Below are positions 49,556 through 59,825 of a DNA stretch of 64,000 bases, piece by piece (positions within the stretch are counted from its first letter, which is position 1; each line of letters opens with the position of its first letter). The notes under the pieces are model-generated. The model was not told the DNA's origin and made no database searches. It worked only from the letters and a program-made list of their open reading frames with translations. A program made the translations under genes and the position numbers. This stretch comes from Candidatus Eiseniibacteriota bacterium (GTDB lineage Bacteria > Eisenbacteria > RBG-16-71-46 > JABDJR01), in assembly GCA_963783375.1 (NCBI GenBank), contig CAWANH010000003.1, positions 224,001 to 288,000 of the forward strand, in the 5' to 3' direction.

Positions 49556-50830
49556 ATGAAACGAAACGCCCGCATCGCGTGGCTCGGCGTGGCGGCGATC
49601 TGCCTGGGGGCGTCGGGAACGGGATGCGGGAGCGCGCCCAAGCCGGACCTCGCCCCCCTCACCGCCGACGTCACCCGCATTCAGGCCGAGGCGGCGCGTC
49701 TGGGCGCGGACAGCACCTCCGCCGATCTCCTGGGCGCCTCGCGCCGCCTGTCCAGGGCGGCGGACGCCGCCGCGCCCGGGAACCCGGCCGCCGCACGGGC
49801 CGATCTGGAGGAGGCGCGGTCGGCGGGTATGGCCGCCCTCACCACCTCGGTGGCCCGCCGGCGGGAAGCCGAGGCCGGGGCCTGCCTGAAGCGGGCGGCC
49901 GACGCCCGGCGGGACTGGGAGGACGCCATCCAGATGCTCGAACAGACGGAGAAGGCGGCCGGGCGCCAGGCCCGGGGGGTGACCCGGGACGTGCCCTCGG
50001 CGGTGGAGGCCATGGATCTTCCCGAGATGCCGCCCGCGCCGACGGACAGCGTCCCCCCGCCCGCGACCATCGCCGCCCGGGCCTCGGTCTGGGGAACCCT
50101 GGCGGCCGATCTGAAGGTTCCCGCCGCCGACCTGGTGAACGCCTGGACCGCGGGTCTCGAGGCGGCGGAGGTTCCCGAGATCACCCCGGAAGCGCGCGCC
50201 CACCATCTGAGGATGGCGAGCTGGGCCGTGCTGGAGGCGGGGTGGCGGTGCCGGGCGGAGGTGGAGCGGCAACGATGCCTCCGGGCCTCCGCGCAGATCG
50301 CGAGCTTTGCCGAGTACCGCGACCAGGCGCTCTGGTCCATGGTGGACCTGGAGCGGGGGATGAAGGACAGCGCGCGACGGGCGCTGGAGGAGGAACGGGC
50401 GCGCATGGAGGACCGGCAAAGCGCGCTCTTCGATCAGCTCAAGCAGTTCGAGGGGAAGTTCGCCAGCATCCGCCGCGAGGCGCGGGGAACCGTGATGTCC
50501 CTCTCCGACATCCTCTTCGACTTCGACAAGGCCGTCCTCCGGCGCGAGGCGGAGCTGAACCTGGCCAAGGTGGCGGTCATCCTGGAGCAGTTCCCGGAGA
50601 TGCACATCACCATCGAGGGACATACCGACAACGTGGGGACCGAAGAGTACAACCAGAAGCTCTCGGAACGGCGGGCGGTCGCGGTCCACGACTTCCTGGC
50701 CGAGCAGGGGGTGTCCGCCGACCGCATGGACACCAAGGGCTACGGGATGACCCAGCCGGTGGCCTCCAACGACACCCCCGAGGGCCGGCAGAAGAACCGC
50801 CGGGTGGACCTGGTCATGCGGGAGGAGTGA
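49556..50830 (+). CDS. Lipoprotein with coiled-coil N-terminal region and OmpA-like peptidoglycan-binding domain
   Basis: Lipobox GTG-C; ILFDFDK, IEGHTD, NQKLSERRA, NRRVD. Confidence 0.9.
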   Translation: MKRNARIAWLGVAAICLGASGTGCGSAPKPDLAPLTADVTRIQAEAARLGADSTSADLLGASRRLSRAADAAAPGNPAAARADLEEARSAGMAALTTSVARRREAEAGACLKRAADARRDWEDAIQMLEQTEKAAGRQARGVTRDVPSAVEAMDLPEMPPAPTDSVPPPATIAARASVWGTLAADLKVPAADLVNAWTAGLEAAEVPEITPEARAHHLRMASWAVLEAGWRCRAEVERQRCLRASAQIASFAEYRDQALWSMVDLERGMKDSARRALEEERARMEDRQSALFDQLKQFEGKFASIRREARGTVMSLSDILFDFDKAVLRREAELNLAKVAVILEQFPEMHITIEGHTDNVGTEEYNQKLSERRAVAVHDFLAEQGVSADRMDTKGYGMTQPVASNDTPEGRQKNRRVDLVMREE

Positions 50831-50851
50831 GTCCGCCCGGACCGGGGGCCG

Positions 50852-51871
50852 CTAGTATCCCGCCCGCTTGTCCACCACGTTCCGGAGCGGCTGGCCGTCC
50901 AGGAACCGGCGCAGGTTGAAGGCGAAGATCTGCACCAGTCGTTCCCATAGGAGCGGATGGGAAACCCCGGCGATGTGCGGGCTCACCTGAACGCCGGCGA
51001 TATCCCACAGCGGACTCCGGGCGGGCAGGGGCTCCTCCCGGAAGACGTCGAGCCCCGCGCCGGCCAGGCTCCCCCCGGCCAGGAGATCGGTCAGCGCCTC
51101 CTCGTCCACCGTGCTTCCCCGCCCGATGTTGGCGAAGAACGCCGAGGGTTTCATGAGCGCGAAGCGCCGCCGGTCGAAGAACATCGCGGTGGCGTCGGTG
51201 TTGGGAAGGGCGTTCACCACCACGTCGGCCCGGGGAAGGAGCCGATCGACGTCCCCGGGTCCCCCGCTCTCGTCCGCCCCTTCGGTCCCGGAATCCGGGC
51301 TCCACTTCACGGCCAGGATTCGCATTCCGAAAGCGCGGGCGCGCCGGGCCAGCTCCCGTCCCGTCGCCCCGTACCCCACGATCAGCATGGTCTTGTCGGT
51401 CAGGGACTCCGGCGGGCGTTCGCGCAGGACCTCGTCCTGGCACCAGGCCGTTTCGTCCTGGGCGGAGCGGTAGCTTCCCAGCCGGCGAACGTGGGCCAGG
51501 AGCCAGGCCATGACGTGCTCGGCCATGAAAGGGGCGTGGGCGCCCCGGGCCGAGGTGAGGATCACCTCGGACTCCATCAGGGCGGGATAGAGAAAGCGAC
51601 GCACTCCGGTGGCCGGGCTCTGGATCCAGCGGAGCGCGCCGGCCCGCCGGAAGTCCTCCTCGGGCAGGTGCCAGCCGAAGAACACCGAGGCCTCGGGGAG
51701 ATGATCTCCGAATCCGTGTTCCGGCCAGCCGGGACGCTCCTCCCACTCGAGCCCCGTGAACTCGGCCTTCAGCCCGTCGAGGAGACGGGGGGGAAGATTC
51801 CAGAAGGGGTGGGGATGATAGGCGGCAACGAGGACCAGCATGACGGGGTTCCTTGTCGGCTGAGGGTTCAT
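50852..51871 (-). CDS. D-2-hydroxyacid dehydrogenase family protein
   Basis: IVGYGATG, NIGRG, LDVFREEP, SPHIAG. Start may be 51841. Confidence 0.9.
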   Translation of the reverse strand: MNPQPTRNPVMLVLVAAYHPHPFWNLPPRLLDGLKAEFTGLEWEERPGWPEHGFGDHLPEASVFFGWHLPEEDFRRAGALRWIQSPATGVRRFLYPALMESEVILTSARGAHAPFMAEHVMAWLLAHVRRLGSYRSAQDETAWCQDEVLRERPPESLTDKTMLIVGYGATGRELARRARAFGMRILAVKWSPDSGTEGADESGGPGDVDRLLPRADVVVNALPNTDATAMFFDRRRFALMKPSAFFANIGRGSTVDEEALTDLLAGGSLAGAGLDVFREEPLPARSPLWDIAGVQVSPHIAGVSHPLLWERLVQIFAFNLRRFLDGQPLRNVVDKRAGY

Positions 51872-52023
51872 GCCCCGATCCGGAATTCGAGTGTAACCCC
51901 GGGCCGGCGCCGGCGCCATCCGGGGCCGCGGTCGCGGTCGCCACCCCCGGCAACGCCGCCGACCGGAGACCCCGGCGTTCCGGCCGAGACCCCTTCTCCC
52001 GCGCCTTGCTACACTCCCCGATC

Positions 52024-52794
52024 ATGCGCAAGGCCAGCTACCGGCTCTCCAATCGGCTCCAACGGATAATCGCCCCGCGGCTTCGCTATTCCCAGTATCT
52101 CTTCGAGGATGAGCTCGGCGTCGAGGTGCGACCCGGCATCGCGTGGCTCGACCTGGGATGCGGGCACCAGATGCTTCCTCCCTGGCGGTTGGAGGCGGAG
52201 CACAAGCTGGTGGCCCGGGCGGGCCGGGTGGTGGGCCTCGACTACGACGGCCCCTCGCTCTACGACCACATGAGCCTCACCCTTCTCACCCGCGGGGACG
52301 CCTCGCGCCTCCCCTTCCCCGACCGGTCCTTCGACCTGGTCACCGCGAACATGGTGGTCGAGCACCTGGCCGACCCGGACGCGCAGTTCCGGGAGATCCG
52401 CCGGGTTCTCAGGCCGGGGGGAAGATTCCTCTTCCATACCCCGAACCTCCGGGGCTACTACGCCTCCATCTCGCGGCTGGTGCCGGATCCGGTCAAGCGG
52501 AAGGTGATCCGGACCCTCCAGGAGCGCGAAGAGAAGGACGTCTTTCCCACCCGCTACCTGGCCAACTCCGCCGGCCGGATCGAGGAGCTGGGCCGCGCCA
52601 CCGGTTTCGGGATTCGGCGGATCCGGCTCGTCGTGAGTTCGCCGCAGTTCCTGGCCGTCCCCCCGCTGGTCTTCTTCGAGCTCCTGTGGATCCGTCTCCT
52701 CATGACGCGGCCGCTCCGGCGGTTTCGGACCAACATCATCGCGGTGCTCGAGCGGACGGAGGACGCTCCGGTCAGCGATCCTTCTTCCGCTTGA
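52024..52794 (+). CDS. Class I SAM-dependent methyltransferase
   Basis: [27 protein letters not shown]. Confidence 0.88.
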   Translation: MRKASYRLSNRLQRIIAPRLRYSQYLFEDELGVEVRPGIAWLDLGCGHQMLPPWRLEAEHKLVARAGRVVGLDYDGPSLYDHMSLTLLTRGDASRLPFPDRSFDLVTANMVVEHLADPDAQFREIRRVLRPGGRFLFHTPNLRGYYASISRLVPDPVKRKVIRTLQEREEKDVFPTRYLANSAGRIEELGRATGFGIRRIRLVVSSPQFLAVPPLVFFELLWIRLLMTRPLRRFRTNIIAVLERTEDAPVSDPSSA

Positions 52795-54475
52795 TCCGGG
52801 TCGGGGGCCGGGTGTTGAGGATCCGGTCCTTGGTGAGCCAGGCCCGGCGCGCGGTCTTGACCCCCCATTCCAGGTTCTCGAACATGGCGACGGTGTGGGA
52901 GTCGGTGTTGAGGGTGATCGTGACCCCTTTCTCGGCGGCCAGGCGGGCGTTCTCGGCGGAGAGATCGAGCCGCTCGGGGGCGGCGTTCAGCTCGAGGCAG
53001 GTCCCGGTCTCCGCCGCCTTGTCGATCACCGCGGCCAGGTCGTAGCCCTCGTAGCCCACCCGCTTCCCGATCAGGCGCCCGGTGGGATGGGCCACCGCGT
53101 CCACGTAGGGGTTCTCCATGGCGGTGAGCACCCGTTCGGTCACGCGGTTCCGGAACCCCGAGTGCACGCTGGCGATGATCCAGTCCAGCTTTCCCTGGGC
53201 CTCGATGGGAAGATCGATCCCGCCGTCGGCGGTGATGTCCACCTCCATGCCGTGGAGCACGCGGATCCCCGGCACCGCCTCCCGCGCCGCCTCGATCTCC
53301 CGTTTCTGCTCCTTCCACCGGGCGTAGGTGAGCCCGTGGGCGTAGGTGGCGGCGGCGGAGTGATCGGTGATGGCCACCGTCTTGAGCCCCCGGGCGGCGG
53401 CCGCCTTGACCATGTCCAGCACGCTCGCCTTCCCGTCGCTCCAGGTGGTGTGGACGTGGAGATCCGCGCGCACGTCCTTCATCTCCACCACCTCGGGAAG
53501 CCGTCCTTCGCCGGCGGCCTCGATCTCCCCCCGGTCCTCCCGCATCTCCGGCGGGATCCACGCGAGGTCCAGGGCGGCGTAGATCTCCTCCTCGGTCTTC
53601 GCCGCCAGGCGCTTCTCCCCCCGGAACACCCCGTACTCGTTCACCTTGAGCCCCCGCTTCTTGGCGATCTCGCGGAGGCGAACGTTGTGCTCCTTGCTCC
53701 CGGTGAAGTAGCAGAGGGCGGCCCCGAAGGAGTCCGGGGCCACGACCCGGAGATCCACCTGGCGCCCGCTCTCGAAGAGCACGCTCCCCTTGGTGTCCCC
53801 GGCGGCCAGCACCCGCTCCACCCCGGGGAGCGCGGTGAAGGCACGCACGATGGCCGGGCCGTCCTTGGCCGGAACCAGGAGATCGAGATCCCCGCAGGTC
53901 TCGCGACAGCGGCGGAGCGATCCCGCGAAGACCGCCTTCTCCACGTCGGCCTGCTTCCCCAGCGCCTCCCGAACCTGGCGGGCCAGGGAGAGGGCCTCGG
54001 CGATCGACATTCGCTCCCGGTTTCGGAGATAGAGCGCCACCCCCTCGCGGAGGTTTTCGGCCAGCTTGGCTCCCAGCCCGGGGAGGGCGGCGACGCTCCC
54101 GTCGTCGAGGGCCTGCTCCAGCGAGGCCAGGTCGGTCACCCCCAGCTTCTCGTGGATCAGGGCCAGTCGTTTGGGCCCCAGACCCCCGATCGCCCGGAGC
54201 TCCATGAGGGTCCTCGGCACCCCCTCCATGGCCGTCTGGTAGGCGGTCATCCGCCCCGAGGAGAGGTACTCGTCGATGTCCCCGGCCAGCCCCTTCCCGA
54301 TTCCGGGGACGTCGGTCAGCCGCTTCTCGGACACCAGCACCGTCACGTCCTCGGCCAGGTCCCCCACCGCCCGGGCCCCCCTCCGGTAGGCGTTCACCCG
54401 GAAACGGTTCTCCCCCTTGAACTCCAGCGCGTCGGCCACCGCCTCGAACAGGGTGGAAATTTCCTGGTTCACCAT
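52772..54475 (-). CDS. polX: DNA polymerase X with PHP exonuclease domain
   Basis: [24 protein letters not shown]; PHP motifs HVHT.WSDG, TDHS, AHPTGR, NTDSH. Confidence 0.95.
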   Translation of the reverse strand: MVNQEISTLFEAVADALEFKGENRFRVNAYRRGARAVGDLAEDVTVLVSEKRLTDVPGIGKGLAGDIDEYLSSGRMTAYQTAMEGVPRTLMELRAIGGLGPKRLALIHEKLGVTDLASLEQALDDGSVAALPGLGAKLAENLREGVALYLRNRERMSIAEALSLARQVREALGKQADVEKAVFAGSLRRCRETCGDLDLLVPAKDGPAIVRAFTALPGVERVLAAGDTKGSVLFESGRQVDLRVVAPDSFGAALCYFTGSKEHNVRLREIAKKRGLKVNEYGVFRGEKRLAAKTEEEIYAALDLAWIPPEMREDRGEIEAAGEGRLPEVVEMKDVRADLHVHTTWSDGKASVLDMVKAAAARGLKTVAITDHSAAATYAHGLTYARWKEQKREIEAAREAVPGIRVLHGMEVDITADGGIDLPIEAQGKLDWIIASVHSGFRNRVTERVLTAMENPYVDAVAHPTGRLIGKRVGYEGYDLAAVIDKAAETGTCLELNAAPERLDLSAENARLAAEKGVTITLNTDSHTVAMFENLEWGVKTARRAWLTKDRILNTRPPTRIKRKKDR

Positions 54476-54649
54476 GAGGTATGCCTTTCGTCACGGCGGC
54501 GGGGGGGGCGCGCGGGGAGCGCCTCTTTCCCCCGGAGAGGCGGCCCTGTCGTCCCGCCGGCGGAGATCGGGGGTTCGAATCCCGGTCCGGTTCCCCCCGA
54601 GGGTAGGCGAGGGATCCATCCGAGGCAACGGCGGGCCCGCTTCCGGCAG

Positions 54650-54678
54650 TTGCCACGAGGCGCTACCTTGTTTAGACT
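54650..54678 (+). promoter_or_regulatory. Putative sigma70 promoter of the HEAT-cyclophilin gene
   Basis: TTGCCA-N17-TAGACT; GTTTAGACT is directly repeated (54670, 54685). Confidence 0.5.
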
Positions 54679-54736
54679 CTTCGGTTTAGACTTCGAGAAC
54701 CTCCCCCTGACGGAGGCCATCCGAGGAGGAATCACC

Positions 54737-56770
54737 TTGACCCGTGTCCGTCTCCCACTGGCTCTCGCCTTGATGCTCTCCCTTCTTCCCGTCGCCGGGC
54801 CGGCCCGCGCCGCGGTCAGCCGGGACATGCTCCGCGAAATCCTCACCCGGGAACAGTCGCGGGAGACCGCCGACGGCTACCTGGTCGGCCTGACCGCCAA
54901 CACCGATCCTGCGGTCCGCGCCCGGGCCTATCGCGCCCTGGGAAGGATCCAGGACGCCAAGCTCCTCGACACCTTCACCCTCGGCCTGCGCGACCCCGAT
55001 CCTGCCGTGCGGATGGAGGTGGCCTTCGCCCTTGGCCAGATCCAGGATCCCATCGCCGAACCGGGACTGCGGAACGCGCTGATCCAGGAATCGGACTCGG
55101 GGGTGCGGGGGCGGTTGGTCGAGGGTCTGGGGAAGTGCGGCACCGAGACCTCGGTGAAGCCGGTCTCCGAGTTCCTCACCGCCTCCGACACCACCGTGGC
55201 CCATGCCGCGGCCATCGCCCTCGGCGACCTCGGCCGTCGCGGGGTCGACCTCACCCCCGTGGCCTCCGCCCTGGACATGGCGATCCGAAGCCCCGATCCC
55301 GGGCTCCGCTGGCGGGCGGCCTACGCCGTGCAGCGGGGCAAGGTGAGCGGGGCCAGCGTCGGGGTGGAGCGGGCGCTCAAGAGCGAGGACACCCTGACCC
55401 GGATCTTCGCCTGCCGGGCCGCCGGCGCCCTGGGGGGGCTCGGCATCTCGGACGCCGCGAAGTGGGTGGCCCCTCTGCTGAGGAGCGACGATTGGCGGGT
55501 GCGGGTCGAGGCCCTGAAGGCCATCGCGGCGACCAAGAACTCCCAGTTCATCGGGCAGGCCAGCGTGCTGCTCGACGATCCGGTCCAGACCGTGCGCCTG
55601 GCCGCGCTGGACGTGATGCGGGTCTTCGCTCCCAAGGGCGCCATGGCCCGCCTGGACGGGTACCAGCAGTCGAGCGACTGGCACGTCCGCGTGGGCTGGC
55701 TCCTGGCCCAGGCCGCCGGATCCGGGGATGGCGCCCTCCCCGATCTCCAGGCGGCCATGAAGGACCCCGATTGGCGGATGCGGAGCGCCGCCGCCGAGGC
55801 CCTCGGCACGATCAAGTCCCCCCAGGCCCTCCTTTTCATAGAGAAGATGGTCGACGACGAGTCGCCCCAGGTCAAAACCGAGGTCATGAGCCAGCTCACC
55901 GAGTTTCCCCAGCTCGAAGCGGTGGAGTACCTCCGGAAGGGGCTCTCGAGCAGCGACCCCGCGGTGCTCACGGTGACCGCGAGCGGCGTGGGCCAGCGGT
56001 ACGACCTGGCCGCGGTGGCTCCCCTCATGACGGCCTACGACCGGCTCCAGGCTCCGGTGGACATCGAGCCGATGACCGCGATCCTGGAGGCCCTCGGCCA
56101 GATCCTGGCCCCGGCCCCCGAGGGGGTGGAGCCGGTGGGGACCCTGTCCGCGGTCGATAGGTCGAAGGCGGTGTCCTTCCTGGAGTCCGCGCTCCACGAT
56201 CCCGATCCCAACATCTCCAAGGCCGCGGCGGCCGCCCTGACCCAGGTGAAGGGAGAGGCCGTCCGGCCGGCCACCGTGGCCAAGGAGGGGATTCCCCCCG
56301 AGTTCGACATGGACCTCGCCCTCGCCCTGGAAATGGGCGAGAAGGAGCCGACCGCGGTCCTGAAGACCAACCAGGGCACCATCACGCTGAAGCTCGACGG
56401 CCGGGAGGCCCCGGGCACCGTGGCCAACTTCGTCTCCCTGGCCCAGCGCGGTTTCTACAACGGCCTGACCTTCCACCGGGTGGTGCCGGATTTCGTCATC
56501 CAGGGAGGGGACCCGCGCGGGGACGGTTGGGGAGGACCCGGATACGCCATTCGGTGCGAGTACAATCCTCTTCATTACCGGACCGGGACCCTAGGGATGG
56601 CCCTCTCCGGAAAGGACACCGGCGGGAGCCAGTTCTTCATCACCCAGTCGCCCCAGCCCCATCTGGACGGGAACTACACGATCTTCGGCCAGGTGATCTC
56701 CGGCGAGAATGTCGTGGACAAGATCCAGGTCGGGGATACGATCAACGAGGTGCAGATCGTAGGACTCTAG
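54737..56770 (+). CDS. Exported HEAT-repeat protein with C-terminal cyclophilin PPIase domain
   Basis: TTG start after GAGGAGG; signal peptide; repeats D..VR..A..ALG; [30 protein letters not shown]. Confidence 0.92.
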   Translation: MTRVRLPLALALMLSLLPVAGPARAAVSRDMLREILTREQSRETADGYLVGLTANTDPAVRARAYRALGRIQDAKLLDTFTLGLRDPDPAVRMEVAFALGQIQDPIAEPGLRNALIQESDSGVRGRLVEGLGKCGTETSVKPVSEFLTASDTTVAHAAAIALGDLGRRGVDLTPVASALDMAIRSPDPGLRWRAAYAVQRGKVSGASVGVERALKSEDTLTRIFACRAAGALGGLGISDAAKWVAPLLRSDDWRVRVEALKAIAATKNSQFIGQASVLLDDPVQTVRLAALDVMRVFAPKGAMARLDGYQQSSDWHVRVGWLLAQAAGSGDGALPDLQAAMKDPDWRMRSAAAEALGTIKSPQALLFIEKMVDDESPQVKTEVMSQLTEFPQLEAVEYLRKGLSSSDPAVLTVTASGVGQRYDLAAVAPLMTAYDRLQAPVDIEPMTAILEALGQILAPAPEGVEPVGTLSAVDRSKAVSFLESALHDPDPNISKAAAAALTQVKGEAVRPATVAKEGIPPEFDMDLALALEMGEKEPTAVLKTNQGTITLKLDGREAPGTVANFVSLAQRGFYNGLTFHRVVPDFVIQGGDPRGDGWGGPGYAIRCEYNPLHYRTGTLGMALSGKDTGGSQFFITQSPQPHLDGNYTIFGQVISGENVVDKIQVGDTINEVQIVGL

Positions 56771-56897
56771 GCGGCGGCCGATCCGGCGTCCGGACCACCG
56801 GTGGACCGCTCGAACCCCGATTCGCTAACGCACCCCGGTTACGACGCCGATCCAATGGGCGAGGGGCGCCCGGCCGGCGCCCCGGGAGAGGTGTGCC

Positions 56898-57818
56898 ATG
56901 ACCCCATTGAAGGCGCCCGCGCGCTGCCAGACCGATGCCTGTACGGATCCCGCGCTTCCCATGTCCACGGTCTGCTGGTTTCACCTCGACGATCGGGAGG
57001 GATATCGCACTCTCCAGTCCCGCGCCGTCGGCGCGGGCGAGGACCTGGCCCGCTCGCAGTTCAAGGGCGTGGACTTCAGCGACCTCGATTTCTCCGGAGC
57101 CATGCTGCCGGAGAGCAACTTCGAGGGCGCGGTCCTGCGCGGGGCGAACCTCGGCCGCGCCCTCCTCTACGCCGCCCGTCTGGTGGACGCCGACGCCGGG
57201 CAGGCCGACTTCTCCGAAGCCGATATGGGTCGGGTGCGCGCCCAGCGAGCCTACCTCGCCGGCGCCCGCCTGGTGCGCGCGGCCATGAACCAGATCCGGT
57301 TGGCGCGGGCGGTTCTCGACGGCGCCGACCTGAGCCACGCCGATCTCACCGAAGCCATCGCTCCCGGGGCCTACATGACCGGGACGCGCATGGAGGGCGC
57401 CACCCTGACCGGCGCCGATTTCTCCGGGGCCTATCTCAAGGGGTCCTTCGCCCGGGACATCCAGGCCGGAGGGGTCCGCCTCACCCGGGCGGTGGCCTCG
57501 GACGTGGACTGGCACGGCGCCAACCTGGAGGGGGCGGATCTCCGCCGGCTGGTCGCGGTGGCCTCGGACTTCACCCTCGCCCGGGCCGCCGGAGCGGATC
57601 TTCGCGGGGCCAGGCTCCGGAGCGCGATCTTCGACCGCGCCGACTTGAGCGGGGCGGATCTCCGCGGGGCCGACCTGACCGGCGCGATCCTCGAGGGAAC
57701 CCAGTTCGAGAAGGCGGACCTTCGCGGGGCGCGCCTGGCCGGGGCGCGGATCTTCGGCGTGGTCCTCGACGGCGCCCGCACCGAAGGCGCGGACGTGGAC
57801 CTCTCCGGGGCGGCGTAG
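56898..57818 (+). CDS. Pentapeptide-repeat protein with N-terminal Cys/His cluster
   Basis: A(D/N)LxG repeats over ~250 aa; N-terminal C-x4-C-x10-C-x2-H. Confidence 0.88.
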   Translation: MTPLKAPARCQTDACTDPALPMSTVCWFHLDDREGYRTLQSRAVGAGEDLARSQFKGVDFSDLDFSGAMLPESNFEGAVLRGANLGRALLYAARLVDADAGQADFSEADMGRVRAQRAYLAGARLVRAAMNQIRLARAVLDGADLSHADLTEAIAPGAYMTGTRMEGATLTGADFSGAYLKGSFARDIQAGGVRLTRAVASDVDWHGANLEGADLRRLVAVASDFTLARAAGADLRGARLRSAIFDRADLSGADLRGADLTGAILEGTQFEKADLRGARLAGARIFGVVLDGARTEGADVDLSGAA

Positions 57819-57906
57819 CTCCCGGCGATCGCCGGCCCGGGACTTTCCGGGACGCGGCCTTGGAGCCGGCGACCCGGTCGCGCGGAGACGCGTGGAACCG
57901 GCGCGG

Positions 57907-59688
57907 TCAGTCCAGCCAGTGGCCCCCGGCGGGATCGCCCCGGAGCATCATGTTCCGGGCCAGGGGCAAGGGCGGCGCCCCCAGGGCCAGGAGCCGGGCG
58001 TGGAAGCGCTCGAGGTCGAAGTCCTTCCCCTCCGCCCGCCTCGTCTCGGCCCTGAGCCCCTCGATCTCCATCCGTCCCAGGGTGTAGACCAGGTACAGCG
58101 GGTCGAAGGTCCCCCGAGCGGCTTCGCGCTCCGCGATCGCCGGCTCCAGGTAGCAGCGATCCTCCAGGAAGCGCGCCGCATCGGAGACCGTCCATCCCTC
58201 GGTCTGAAGCCCCAGCGCCACCCGGAACCGGCCCGCCCGCCGGAGCGCCGACTGCAAGGTGGCCAGCCGGAATCCCGGGTCCTCGGCGCGATAGCCGCGC
58301 TCCACCACCAGGGCTTCGGCGTAGTGCGCCCAGCCCTCCACGAAGGCCCCGCACTGCACCACGCGGCGGACCGGGCGGTCGAGCCGGTTCGAGACCAGGG
58401 CCTGGAGATAGTGGCCGGGCCAGGTCTCGTGGGCGACGAGGTTTCGGAGCAGCGACCGGTTCAGGAACCGGAGCTGCTCTTCGCGGGCCGTGGGGATCGC
58501 GCCCGGATCGGGAAGGGTCACGTAGAACACCCCGGCCCGATCCCCCGGCGCGAAGGGGGCGGGGGCGGCGAGGCTGGCGTTGGTCCAGCGGGAGTAAGAG
58601 GGACTCGGGCGAACCAGGACCCGGGGGCCTTTGGGGACCGGCACCACGCCGTCGCGAACCACGAACTTCCGGGCGTCGCCGATCGCGGTCTCGGTGAAGG
58701 CCAGGATCTCTCCGGGATCGGGATGGTCCTCCGCCACCCGTCGCATCGCCTCCCCCGGAGTGAGGGTCGAGTCCATGCGGAGCGCCGTCGCGCGGAAGCG
58801 GGCGTCCAGACGGGTCAGCTCGGCCTCGGCCTGGGCGCGCAGCCGGGGAAGGGGCGTGACCACCCCCTCTTCCGCCCTCAGGTACCCCGCGAACAGCGAC
58901 GATCCGAGGGCGACCTCTCCGGAGGATCGGGGTAGCACGTCTTCGCTCAAGCTCCGCCGGTAGTCCCAGACCGCCCGGAGCGCGGCGGTGGTGGCGGCGG
59001 CGAGGGAATCGGTGAGCGCGGTGTCCGCGAGGTCCGCGGTCGCGGCGGGGATCCCGTCGATCAGGAAGGAGCTGAGCGCATCGGCCTCGGTGATCGCCTG
59101 CTCCACCAGAATCCGGGGGGGATCCTGGACCATGCTCAAGGACATCTCGAGGAACGAGGGGACCTCGCTTTCGCGGGCCACCAGGCTTCGGACCCGGTCG
59201 GAGACCGCGCTTGGATTTCCGTCCAGAAGCCCGCTCAATCCGCTGGCCACCATCCGGATCGCCGTCCCCGGATCCCGGGACCAGACGTCCAGGCTGTCCG
59301 CCTCGAACCGTCGCCGGCGGAGATCGTAGATCATGAGCGCGGCGTCGTAACGGTCGTCGGCGGAGTAGACGGAGTCCTTCAGGGCCTCGACCCGGGACTC
59401 GAAGTCGAGGAGAGCGCCCCGCGCCGAGTCCCGTCCCGCGAAACCTGCCGGTCCGAGGGTCCGGTCCCCCCCGTGAAGGCCCAGGAGCGTGGCCCCCACC
59501 GGATCCACGGTCTGGAGGAGCCGGAGGTAATCCGCCTCCAGGGACCGCATCCCGGGAGAGAAGGAGGCGTCGGCGGGGAGCGGCGGGAGAGGCCGGGAGG
59601 CGGCGGCCGGTGACGGCCCCCGCCCCGCCAGGACGAGCGCGAACAGGATGAGCAGACGACGGAAGGTCAAGCGAGAACTCCGGTCCAT
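57907..59688 (-). CDS. DUF885-family exported putative metallopeptidase
   Basis: Signal peptide; AHETWPGHYLQ, EGWAHYAE, YTLG, FHARLLALG. Confidence 0.88.
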   Translation of the reverse strand: MDRSSRLTFRRLLILFALVLAGRGPSPAAASRPLPPLPADASFSPGMRSLEADYLRLLQTVDPVGATLLGLHGGDRTLGPAGFAGRDSARGALLDFESRVEALKDSVYSADDRYDAALMIYDLRRRRFEADSLDVWSRDPGTAIRMVASGLSGLLDGNPSAVSDRVRSLVARESEVPSFLEMSLSMVQDPPRILVEQAITEADALSSFLIDGIPAATADLADTALTDSLAAATTAALRAVWDYRRSLSEDVLPRSSGEVALGSSLFAGYLRAEEGVVTPLPRLRAQAEAELTRLDARFRATALRMDSTLTPGEAMRRVAEDHPDPGEILAFTETAIGDARKFVVRDGVVPVPKGPRVLVRPSPSYSRWTNASLAAPAPFAPGDRAGVFYVTLPDPGAIPTAREEQLRFLNRSLLRNLVAHETWPGHYLQALVSNRLDRPVRRVVQCGAFVEGWAHYAEALVVERGYRAEDPGFRLATLQSALRRAGRFRVALGLQTEGWTVSDAARFLEDRCYLEPAIAEREAARGTFDPLYLVYTLGRMEIEGLRAETRRAEGKDFDLERFHARLLALGAPPLPLARNMMLRGDPAGGHWLD

Positions 59689-59825
59689 CGGTAAAGGGTG
59701 GGGGGAGCTGAACGGTCGCGTCGGGCCGAAGCCCGGACGACGATTCCAGTATAGGTTCGATGCCCGGCGAGAGAAAGAGACCGAGTCGAAAAAACTCGGC
59801 GGCGGGCGCGATCGCCTACCGGCGA

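Noticed and set aside
54500-54600. tRNA-like GGGTTCGAATCCC T-loop in the polX/cyclophilin intergenic region
   Set aside because: The T-stem has only 3 contiguous pairs, and I could not build an acceptor stem, anticodon arm or CCA end. tRNAscan-SE/Aragorn would settle it.
57040-57818. Short periodic DNA repeats as a CRISPR or VNTR array
   Set aside because: They reflect the 15-nt periodicity of a coding pentapeptide repeat; there is no repeat-spacer structure and no cas genes.
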